Source: a virus. Taken from it: DNA of 35,776 nucleotides. Position 1 is the stretch's first letter; each line of letters opens with the position of its first letter. Below the pieces are notes generated by a model. It saw nothing but the letters and a program-made list of their open reading frames with translations, had not been told where the DNA came from and did no database searches. The DNA lies in the IMG/VR virus record IMGVR_UViG_3300045988_122132; one strand, 5' to 3'. Positions 6,723 through 13,444 of this stretch are shown here, in pieces. Made by a program: the position numbers and the translations under genes.

Positions 6723-6774
6723 TGTCTTTCTCCTTCATAATTTTATTTTTTTTGGTATATAAATCGCGCGTGAT

Positions 6775-6990
6775 TTATCGTATCTGGGACAAGATGCTTT
6801 CTGGGTCTATACCTTTTTGCTGGCACAGGCTGTAAAACATCTGCTGGGGGTCACGCCCGCCGAGCATCCGCATTACCTGCTGCATTTGCGCGGGCATCCC
6901 CATCATGCTTTTGGCCTGGGCGATTAGCTGCGGAGATATTTGCGGGGTCTGCTGGCTTCCAGCTTTCATTGCTTGCAATATGGGATTCAT
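6775..6990 (-). CDS. Cargo protein B: small Q/M-rich protein (hypothetical)
   Basis: 71 aa. RBS GGAGGA lies 8 nt before the ATG, and a TAA sits immediately upstream in the same frame. Confidence 0.55.
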   Translation of the reverse strand: MNPILQAMKAGSQQTPQISPQLIAQAKSMMGMPAQMQQVMRMLGGRDPQQMFYSLCQQKGIDPESILSQIR

Positions 6991-7285
6991 TTAATTTATC
7001 CTCCAATTTTGATATTCGTGCCGCGAGGTCGTTAATGTCCACAGGCGGCGCCGGCTGATACGGCGTGATGGTGTACGGGGTTAGTGTAGGATACCCCGCG
7101 CTGTCGGTACACTTGTGCCAGACTATGGGCGCGGTGGTGTCCAGCAGCAGGATGCTGCTATTGGGCGCAAGGCTGTACGCCTTCGCCCCGCCCTCGCCAT
7201 TGACTTGGGGGACTTGGGCGCGCACGGGCTGCTGATACTGTTGGGGCTGCTGATAGCCGCCAAAAAAGGGATTGGGATTCCACAC
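6851..7285 (-). CDS. Cargo protein A: protein with Q/P/Y-rich N-terminus (hypothetical)
   Basis: GTG start with RBS ATAAGGAGGCGATAAAAGTG. The N-terminus is MWNPNPFFGGYQQPQQYQQP, and a heptad-like INDLAARISKLEDKLN follows. The last 140 nt overlap gene B in another frame. Confidence 0.55.
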   Translation of the reverse strand: MWNPNPFFGGYQQPQQYQQPVRAQVPQVNGEGGAKAYSLAPNSSILLLDTTAPIVWHKCTDSAGYPTLTPYTITPYQPAPPVDINDLAARISKLEDKLNESHIASNESWKPADPANISAANRPGQKHDGDARANAAGNADARRA

Positions 7286-7326
7286 TTTTATCGCCTCCTT
7301 ATGGCCTTATTTTCTCAAAAAATTAG

Positions 7327-7347
7327 CCCCGCGCCCTGTGCGCGGGG
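7327..7347 (-). terminator. Intrinsic-terminator-like hairpin in the leader of the cargo operon
   Basis: CCCCGCGC-cctgt-GCGCGGGG is an 8-bp stem. On the minus strand it is followed by CTAATTTTTTGAG, only about 40 nt before the gene A start. Confidence 0.5.
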
Positions 7348-7409
7348 AGGGAATTTACCGGGCATTTAATGAGCAAAAATATTTTTTCAAAAAAAGTATG
7401 CAAAACCCC

Positions 7410-7438
7410 TTGACGTAGGTATATACCTATGGTATAAT
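7410..7438 (+). promoter_or_regulatory. Accessory promoter P1 with palindromic operator in the spacer
   Basis: TTGACG (7410..7415), 17-nt spacer, TATAAT (7433..7438). The spacer contains the perfect palindrome TAGGTATATACCTA (7416..7429). Confidence 0.7.
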
Positions 7439-7489
7439 AAGGCCATAAGATAAAGCAAGGGGCCAAAGCCCCAGAGGGAGTTAAAAATC

Positions 7490-7909
7490 ATGAAGTACGA
7501 TGTAACATTTTCCTGCGGACACACTGCAACGATAGAGCTGTTTGGCCCCGGCAAAGAGCGCGAGCGCAAAATCAGCTGGTATGAGACGCACGGCGAATGC
7601 CCCGAATGCTACAAGGCTCGCAAGCAGGCAGAGCGCGAGGCGATTGACGCACAGGCGGCGCAGGAAAGCAAGGAAAAACAGTGGCCCGAACTGAGCGGAA
7701 CCCCGAAGCAGGTCGCATGGGCAAACGCAATCCGCAAGGAAAAGATAGATGAAATAATGGCCGTTGGCGCCAACGAAAACGGAATGCGCTGCATCGCATG
7801 GATTATACAGACCTATACCACGGCAAAATTTTGGATAGATAATCGTGACAGGTCATTGCGCGGCGAGTGGGGCCGCGAGGTAATCAACACTTATAATGCA
7901 ACAAAATAA
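7490..7909 (+). CDS. Zn-ribbon protein, paralog 1 (hypothetical)
   Basis: 139 aa starting MKYDVTFSCGHTATIELFG...GECPECYK. The N-terminal motif is shared with the next gene. RBS GGGAG. Confidence 0.65.
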   Translation: MKYDVTFSCGHTATIELFGPGKERERKISWYETHGECPECYKARKQAEREAIDAQAAQESKEKQWPELSGTPKQVAWANAIRKEKIDEIMAVGANENGMRCIAWIIQTYTTAKFWIDNRDRSLRGEWGREVINTYNATK

Positions 7910-7928
7910 AAAAGAAAAGGAGAACGCC

Positions 7929-8585
7929 ATGAAATACGAAATGGAATATGCCTGTGGGCATACCACTACGGTGGATTGCACGATGGACGACCGCGACCAC
8001 ATGCGCGACTTGATAGGCCGCACATTCTGCCCCGATTGCTGGGGTAGGATGTGCGCAAGCGGAGATTTTGTACCGATGCGCATGAGTTGCGCAGAGCGCG
8101 ACGCTGATTACTGGTCATGCAGAGCCAAGCCCGATAGCTATGACAGCAAGACCGATACCATAGTAATCAATGTGCATAAGGACTTGCTGCGAGAAAAGGC
8201 CGAGATCGCCGCGTTAAAGGTATCAAGCGCGGCCATAGAGGGCATGAGCGAGGTGCGTGCGGCAAAAAACGCATGGGACGACTATAAGGCCGCAATCAGG
8301 CATTGGCAATTTATAGACCATTGTGGATGTGAAAAACCGGAAGAGCCCGCCGTGAAAATGGCAGAGATAGAATCTAAATATCCCCGGGCAGCTGCATTTT
8401 TTACTGCGGAAGAATTTACGCGGGGTGTCGATATAGATAAATGCGTCGCAGGGCGCAGGGCGATGGAAAAGATTTTGCGCAGCGAGGACTATGCCGAGGC
8501 TATCAGGGGCATGGAAGCAGAGTGGGAGCCCTGGCCATCGTACAGCAAGCTTGTGGAGTGGATGAAAAATGAAAAAAGAGTTTGA
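7929..8585 (+). CDS. Zn-ribbon protein, paralog 2 (hypothetical)
   Basis: 218 aa starting MKYEMEYACGHTTTVDCT...FCPDCWG. RBS AAAAGGAGAACGCCATG. The track ORF start at 7896 lies inside the previous gene. Confidence 0.65.
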   Translation: MKYEMEYACGHTTTVDCTMDDRDHMRDLIGRTFCPDCWGRMCASGDFVPMRMSCAERDADYWSCRAKPDSYDSKTDTIVINVHKDLLREKAEIAALKVSSAAIEGMSEVRAAKNAWDDYKAAIRHWQFIDHCGCEKPEEPAVKMAEIESKYPRAAAFFTAEEFTRGVDIDKCVAGRRAMEKILRSEDYAEAIRGMEAEWEPWPSYSKLVEWMKNEKRV

Positions 8586-8763
8586 GCGGCAAGCCCGCTA
8601 CGACAAAAAAAGCACCAAGGGCATATACCTTAAGCTTAACATCGGCACAGATGGCGACATCCTCGCCCGTCTTGCCGATGTGCCCAGCACGCAAGGATAT
8701 ATCAAGGGCCTGATACGCGCCGACATAAAAAATCAAAAAATCAGCAAAAACCCCTTGACGTAG
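8569..8763 (+). CDS. Small ribbon-helix-helix-like (Arc/CopG-type) protein
   Basis: 64 aa. KGIYLKLNIGTDGDILARLADVPSTQGYIKGLIRADI fits a strand-helix-helix pattern. Its stop codon TAG lies within TTGACGTAG of promoter P2. Confidence 0.5.
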   Translation: MKKEFERQARYDKKSTKGIYLKLNIGTDGDILARLADVPSTQGYIKGLIRADIKNQKISKNPLT

Positions 8764-8783
8764 GTATATACCTATGGTATAAT
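8755..8783 (+). promoter_or_regulatory. Accessory promoter P2, a duplicate of P1
   Basis: TTGACG (8755..8760), 17-nt spacer, TATAAT (8778..8783), with the same palindrome at 8761..8774. The 38-nt core 8747..8784 is identical to 7402..7439. Confidence 0.7.
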
Positions 8784-8829
8784 AGGTCATACGATAAAGC
8801 AAGGGCGGCAAGCCCGAAGGGAGTTAAAA

Positions 8830-9114
8830 ATGAAGGTTTACAAAGCGATTGAAGGCACTGAGACTTATGAGCAGTACGGCGAAGATTTTATCTCCATGTG
8901 GCGGGTGGCAGAAAAAGGGTTCCCCTGCAGCGAAGTCCGCGCGGCTACGGCAGATGAGCTTATAGCGGCTATAGACGACGATGCCGAATGGGAGCCGAAC
9001 CTCGTCGAGGCTCTGTGCTACGACCTGGGCATAGACTTTGACAGCTACGAGGATTGCGAATCCGCCTATGACGCGGCAGTAGCCAAGCACGCCGCCGAGA
9101 CGCTGAGCCGCTAA
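8830..9114 (+). CDS. Small strongly acidic protein (hypothetical; DNA-mimic or anti-defence candidate)
   Basis: 94 aa with 23 D/E against 7 K/R by hand count. It is the first gene after P2. Confidence 0.65.
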   Translation: MKVYKAIEGTETYEQYGEDFISMWRVAEKGFPCSEVRAATADELIAAIDDDAEWEPNLVEALCYDLGIDFDSYEDCESAYDAAVAKHAAETLSR

Positions 9115-9159
9115 GACGCAGAGGACAAGGGGCGGCGTTGCCGCCCTAAAGGAGAAAAA

Positions 9160-9522
9160 ATGGGAAGCACAACGCAAAAACCGGATATACCGCCAGTAGA
9201 TAGTACGGTAGCGGCTGTAGTGGATATGTGGGCGAGTGGGAGCAGCATGAAGGGAATTGTGCGCCAGCTCGGCTTAAGCTTGTCTAAAGTCCGGCGTATA
9301 CTGGTAGATAATGGCTTGGTGGACACAGATGAATCTTTGCTGTACGCAGACGGATACACACCTGCCGAGATTGCCCAGATGATGGGCAAGACGAAAAATG
9401 CAGTACAAGGCCGAATCCCATACGAAAAGGGCATGTATAACAGGGATAGCCCCACAACAAACGCCATGCGCATAAGGGCATGCAGGGTTCGCGCGGCTAA
9501 AAATACCGCCCCCCAAAAATAA
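9160..9522 (+). CDS. HTH DNA-binding protein (two HTH-like segments)
   Basis: The two segments are MKGIVRQLGLSLSKVRRILVDNGL and GYTPAEIAQMMGKTKNAVQGRI. It is the last gene of the P2 unit. RBS AAAGGAGAAAAAATG. Confidence 0.65.
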   Translation: MGSTTQKPDIPPVDSTVAAVVDMWASGSSMKGIVRQLGLSLSKVRRILVDNGLVDTDESLLYADGYTPAEIAQMMGKTKNAVQGRIPYEKGMYNRDSPTTNAMRIRACRVRAAKNTAPQK

Positions 9523-9526
9523 AAAA

Positions 9527-9542
9527 GCCCCCGTCAGGGGGC
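9527..9542. terminator. Bidirectional terminator where the accessory cluster and late operon converge
   Basis: GCCCCC-GTCA-GGGGGC, flanked by an A-run upstream and AT/T-rich sequence downstream. Confidence 0.65.
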
Positions 9543-9773
9543 ATATTTTATTATGGTTCTTTCCGCTGCCTTGTATCGGCGGCGAATTTGGTCATACTCT
9601 AACGGCGCATCGGTGTACCGCGCCTGATACTCCGCTGTCAAACGGTCATACGGCACGCCGTCAAGCAAATGCCGCGCCACAAGCCAGCGGTCGCGCTCAC
9701 AGAAAATCCGCTGATAGATTATCCCTTCCCACTCCGCGCGGGATAGGGTCTGCAAAATATTTTTGTCCACCAC
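9534..9773 (-). CDS. Small HTH-like protein (hypothetical), last gene of the late strand
   Basis: 79 aa. The track start is a GTG with no RBS. An ATG at 9790 with GGAGGTG 8 nt upstream is in another frame and stops after 23 codons (9719..9790). The true start is therefore ambiguous: either a leader peptide exists or there is a 1-nt indel. Confidence 0.45.
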   Translation of the reverse strand: MVDKNILQTLSRAEWEGIIYQRIFCERDRWLVARHLLDGVPYDRLTAEYQARYTDAPLEYDQIRRRYKAAERTIIKYAP

Positions 9774-9840
9774 ACAGGCCGGCTTCTCATCGGCCTATCA
9801 CCTCCGGCAATTTTTGTGTCGCAGAGGGGCGGCGGCAATT

Positions 9841-10119
9841 TTATTTCTTGTCGCGGGCTATCGCGTCATATGCGCCATTGGCGGCAAGGGACACCACCAC
9901 GGCATTTATCACGCACAGCGCCCCCGCCTCAAGGGTCAGGCCGCCCGTGAAAAAGGTCGCGGCTATAAGCACCACAAGCGCGATTACATAGCTGGTCAGG
10001 CGCGTGGGTATTTTGTCGATAAAGCCCACGCCCTTGATAAGCTGGGTTACAAGGCTGGTTGCAAGGGTCGCCCCCGCATAGGTCAAAAGCACCGCCCAAG
10101 TGAAAAATTCGTTCGTCAT
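9841..10119 (-). CDS. Holin (about three predicted TM helices)
   Basis: 92 aa with hydrophobic segments FFTWAVLLTYAGATLATSLV, YVIALVVLIAATFFTGGL and GALCVINAVVVSLAA, plus a charged C-terminus. It lies next to the endolysin. Confidence 0.75.
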   Translation of the reverse strand: MTNEFFTWAVLLTYAGATLATSLVTQLIKGVGFIDKIPTRLTSYVIALVVLIAATFFTGGLTLEAGALCVINAVVVSLAANGAYDAIARDKK

Positions 10120-10122
10120 TTT

Positions 10123-10437
10123 TTATCTCCTTTCGATTATGTGTTGCAAAAGTTCTGCACGGGCGTTTTTCAGCCCGTCAATCCCGTTACCGTCTATCTC
10201 GTGATTTATCAGGGCCACAAGGCCGGTTATAATAGCTTGGTTTGTGACTTCCTGTTGCGCAAATTTTGTGTTGATATCCTCAAACCGCTTCAAATCGTTT
10301 GAATCATGCTCAAGCACTTTATCAAGCTTCTCCCGCATAGATAATGCGGGGGCTATGATTTCCCTTACCGCCTTTATGCCCTGCGCGATAAGCACGATAG
10401 CCCCCAGTATTGATGCACACCATCCCCACCATTCCAC
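10123..10437 (-). CDS. Lysis-cassette membrane protein (N-terminal TM plus coiled coil)
   Basis: 104 aa starting MEWWGWCASILGAIVLIAQGI, located between the endolysin and holin. Confidence 0.55.
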   Translation of the reverse strand: MEWWGWCASILGAIVLIAQGIKAVREIIAPALSMREKLDKVLEHDSNDLKRFEDINTKFAQQEVTNQAIITGLVALINHEIDGNGIDGLKNARAELLQHIIERR

Positions 10438-10440
10438 GGG

Positions 10441-11118
10441 CTACACCTCCGTATGCGCTGTTGCAAAGGCCTTTACAGCCGTCATTGTGGCCTTGCCACA
10501 GATTCCATCGGCCTTGCCGCAATCGTAGCCACAGGCGTTCAATGCGGCCTGCATAAGCTTCACGTTTTCGCCGCGCATCATGGGCGAGGTCAATCTAAAG
10601 ACGGTTGGGGCGGTATCCTCGGCCAGCGCGGGGTGTCTGCCCTGGTGCGTCCAGCCGCCGAGGCACAAGTGAAGATTTACCACGCCGTAATCGCGGCCTT
10701 TAGCCTCTATCACCATGCCGTTGCCGACGTATACGCCTACATGTCCCATTTTGCCCTTGGCGAAGCTGTACCTAAATACCAAATCCCCCGGCTGCATCTG
10801 CCATGCGCCCAGCTTGCCCTGCTGCTTGCACTGCCTGTATAAGCCTTGGGCACTTGTGTCGCCGTCAATCAGCCCCTTGATATCGCGAAGCCAATGAACG
10901 ATAAGGCCGCTGCAATCAAAGGCGTACAGCGGCGTTTTGGTGGCTTTTTTGATGTATGCAAGGGCGCGGTCGGTCTCGCGGCGTGAGGTTTCCTTGCGCC
11001 GTACCCATTTTTCGAGGTCGGCGCGGTTGTCTACCCTTTCGCCCTGCGCGCCCCAGACGTAAGCGTCGCCGATGTGGCCTTCAAGGTAAGCCAAAAATTC
11101 CTTCACCTTTTCGCCCAT
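10441..11118 (-). CDS. Endolysin: NlpC/P60 endopeptidase with C-terminal peptidoglycan-binding domain
   Basis: Catalytic Cys context AFDCSGLIVHW and His context GHVGVYVGNG. The C-terminal VKLMQAALNACGYDCGKADGICGKATMTAVKAF resembles PG_binding_1. Confidence 0.85.
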   Translation of the reverse strand: MGEKVKEFLAYLEGHIGDAYVWGAQGERVDNRADLEKWVRRKETSRRETDRALAYIKKATKTPLYAFDCSGLIVHWLRDIKGLIDGDTSAQGLYRQCKQQGKLGAWQMQPGDLVFRYSFAKGKMGHVGVYVGNGMVIEAKGRDYGVVNLHLCLGGWTHQGRHPALAEDTAPTVFRLTSPMMRGENVKLMQAALNACGYDCGKADGICGKATMTAVKAFATAHTEV

Positions 11119-11846
11119 ACTCTTACTCCCAAGGTCAGCGCGGCAAGAATCATTATATAGCCTATATACACGGGGGCGGAGCCGGTCTGCGGCAAGTCGG
11201 GTGTGCGCACTACCACGCCATCAGCACCCCAAACCGCCGTGGCCTCGGCTTTGATGTGCTGCCCGAGATTTGCCACAAGCGCAGCATCGTCCATATATAT
11301 CTTGCCCGCGTAGATGTCGTCAAGCGTCATACTCAGCACGTTCAACTCGCGGGTCAGGTCGGCAAGGCCGCCCGCTATGGATACATCTACCGCCGCGCCA
11401 TTGCGGCGGACGAATGTCAAGCTGCCTATGGTCACGGTATCTCCGCTTATGGTCACGGGCTTGCCGTCATAGGTCAGCTCCGCCAATGGGGTGGTATACT
11501 TGTATACCGCCCGCACGGCGGGGTATGCGCCTGTGACTATCGCGGCGACTACATCGCCGTCAAGATACAGCACGTCCATATCCGTAAGATTGATTGTGCC
11601 CTGCACGGGATTGCCTTCGGCATCCAAAAATTTTGCCGTAAAGTACACCACCGTGCCCACCGTTGCAGCCTTGCCCGGCGCAGGGATATAGGCCGCGCCG
11701 CTGGTGGTCGCCACCTTGTCCAGTTTGGTGACAGTCACGGTGTAAGTCGGGGGTGGATTGTCGGCGCGTCCCCAGCCCATAGCCAGTGCGCCCGTGCATA
11801 TGCACAGCAGCACAATGGCAAGCACCATTGCAATGTATCTTTTCAT
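11103..11846 (-). CDS. Secreted LPXTG cell-wall-anchored surface protein
   Basis: Signal peptide MKRYIAMVLAIVLLCICTGALA. The C-terminal sorting signal is LPQTG, a hydrophobic stretch APVYIGYIMILAALTLGV, then the basic tail RVWAKR. Confidence 0.75.
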   Translation of the reverse strand: MKRYIAMVLAIVLLCICTGALAMGWGRADNPPPTYTVTVTKLDKVATTSGAAYIPAPGKAATVGTVVYFTAKFLDAEGNPVQGTINLTDMDVLYLDGDVVAAIVTGAYPAVRAVYKYTTPLAELTYDGKPVTISGDTVTIGSLTFVRRNGAAVDVSIAGGLADLTRELNVLSMTLDDIYAGKIYMDDAALVANLGQHIKAEATAVWGADGVVVRTPDLPQTGSAPVYIGYIMILAALTLGVRVWAKR

Positions 11847-11850
11847 TATT

Positions 11851-12048
11851 TTAGCCCTCCTTTGGCTTTATAATCTCTCTGACAGTCTCCAAAAAGGCCG
11901 CAAGCTTTGATACGCTTGGCAGCCCCGTCATGCCATCCACGGCGGCGCGGATGCGGTCAAGCTTGGCTTGCAGCTCGTCCCGCTCCGCGCGGTCAGCCTT
12001 TATCCTGCGGTTGTAGGCAAGGATTTTTTCGCGCAGCTCGTCTGTCAT
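11851..12048 (-). CDS. Small coiled-coil protein (hypothetical, tail-fibre associated)
   Basis: 65 aa. Its start overlaps the upstream stop as ATGA. Confidence 0.5.
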   Translation of the reverse strand: MTDELREKILAYNRRIKADRAERDELQAKLDRIRAAVDGMTGLPSVSKLAAFLETVREIIKPKEG

Positions 12049-12209
12049 TCCGTCGCCCCCGATAAAAGCATATTTAACGCTTCTTCAAGCGTTGCTATTC
12101 TTTCTTCCGCTGTGGGCTCGGGCGTGGGCTGTTCTGCCGCAAGCGCTTCAAGCTCCGCTATTTCTTCTGCGGTCATGTCGCGGATTATACCATTTTCACA
12201 TATTTTCAT
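12045..12209 (-). CDS. Small acidic protein after the tail fibre (XkdX-like position, hypothetical)
   Basis: 54 aa starting MKICENGIIRDMTAEEIAELEALAAEQPTPEP. ATGA overlaps occur at both ends. It is too short to appear in the ORF track. Confidence 0.45.
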   Translation of the reverse strand: MKICENGIIRDMTAEEIAELEALAAEQPTPEPTAEERIATLEEALNMLLSGATE

Positions 12210-13435
12210 GCGCGTACTCCGTAAATTTCAAACATCGTTCCAGCGCCAAGAACCCCAGCTTGATACCCTGATATTCCTAACGACGTATAAGCAAGTAATT
12301 TCTTCGCAGTATCGCGAGGAGCATAGTTATATAATATTTTATGAGTTGCTGCATAAGATAGGCCATTCTTGATTGTAGTAGAATTCCCCGCCACGAAAAT
12401 CGAGGTTATGCGCGGGATTCCTACTATAATTTCCCCTGCAACATCAAAACTGTAGTATGCCTCACCGTTTGCTGCCAATCCATTAGCAAAGGTCTCTGTT
12501 AGTTGGAAAGTAGGTGTGTTAAAAACACGAATCCAGCCGGTAGAGTTGTTGGTATTCCCGTACACCTTGCCAACAAGACGGAATTTTTTCAGGGTATAAG
12601 GTAGCCCATCTTCGTCTGTTGTCAAGTATATGGATGTCACATCTTCGGGCGCGGTAACAGCACCAATGTATTCCCATTCTTCCCCGCCCGGCATATCCAC
12701 CGCCTCCCATTCGGTCGGCTTGCCGTCCTGCACGGCCTTGACCTTGATTATCTGGCCGGGTGCGGCAGCGGTCAGGCCGAGGGATATAGCCGTATCAGCC
12801 TTGGCAAGGCTTGTCTGCACATCTTCCGCAAGGTCGGATTTGGGTATGCCGGATGCTGGTTTGGTGTACGCTGTTCCCGCTTTTTCAGCTCCGATATTCG
12901 TTCTGGCCTGTGACTTCTGTTCTTCCGTCAGGGTTTGTGGGGTGTAAATCACTGCGTCGGCAGTGCCGCCGCTTTCAGCGGCTTCATTTATCGCCGCCAC
13001 AAGACTACTCTTGTCCTCTGTGGTCAGGTCGGCAAGGTCGCCCATGTCTGCCCGCAGTTGCTCCGCCACCGTCGGCGGGATTGCGGGGAAGGGATTACCC
13101 TCCGTGCCGCCTGTCGGGGCTACGCTGATATGCGCAATGTTTGTGGTAATGCGTGGGATTACTTCGCCGTCCCGCGCGGAGTTGCCCACAAGCCATACGT
13201 GCCAGTCGCCCGCCGAAAGGTTAAGCTGCTGCTTAGCGGTTATCTCCCCGTTTGTCACGGTCACTTCGTGCACCGTGCAACCCTGCCCAAAAAGCGCCTT
13301 AATCTCGCGCCCTGTCCAGTCCTCGGTTTCGCACACCACTTTTGCGGTAAGGTACTGCACGGATTCAGCCGCAAGGGGGAGATATTCGGCGGTCAGGGTT
13401 TGGTGGTTGGCGGTTAGGGTGATGTTGTAGGTCAT
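12206..13435 (-). CDS. Tail fibre / receptor-binding protein
   Basis: 409 aa at the end of the tail module. The C-terminal part of about 120 aa is encoded by visibly AT-richer DNA. Confidence 0.7.
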   Translation of the reverse strand: MTYNITLTANHQTLTAEYLPLAAESVQYLTAKVVCETEDWTGREIKALFGQGCTVHEVTVTNGEITAKQQLNLSAGDWHVWLVGNSARDGEVIPRITTNIAHISVAPTGGTEGNPFPAIPPTVAEQLRADMGDLADLTTEDKSSLVAAINEAAESGGTADAVIYTPQTLTEEQKSQARTNIGAEKAGTAYTKPASGIPKSDLAEDVQTSLAKADTAISLGLTAAAPGQIIKVKAVQDGKPTEWEAVDMPGGEEWEYIGAVTAPEDVTSIYLTTDEDGLPYTLKKFRLVGKVYGNTNNSTGWIRVFNTPTFQLTETFANGLAANGEAYYSFDVAGEIIVGIPRITSIFVAGNSTTIKNGLSYAATHKILYNYAPRDTAKKLLAYTSLGISGYQAGVLGAGTMFEIYGVRA

Positions 13436-13444
13436 GTGTCCTCC

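Noticed and set aside
6759-6778. Hairpin ATAAATC-N6-GATTTAT at the stop codon of cargo gene B as a terminator.
   Set aside because: On the transcribed minus strand it is followed by an A-run, not a U-tract, and the stem is AT-rich and weak.
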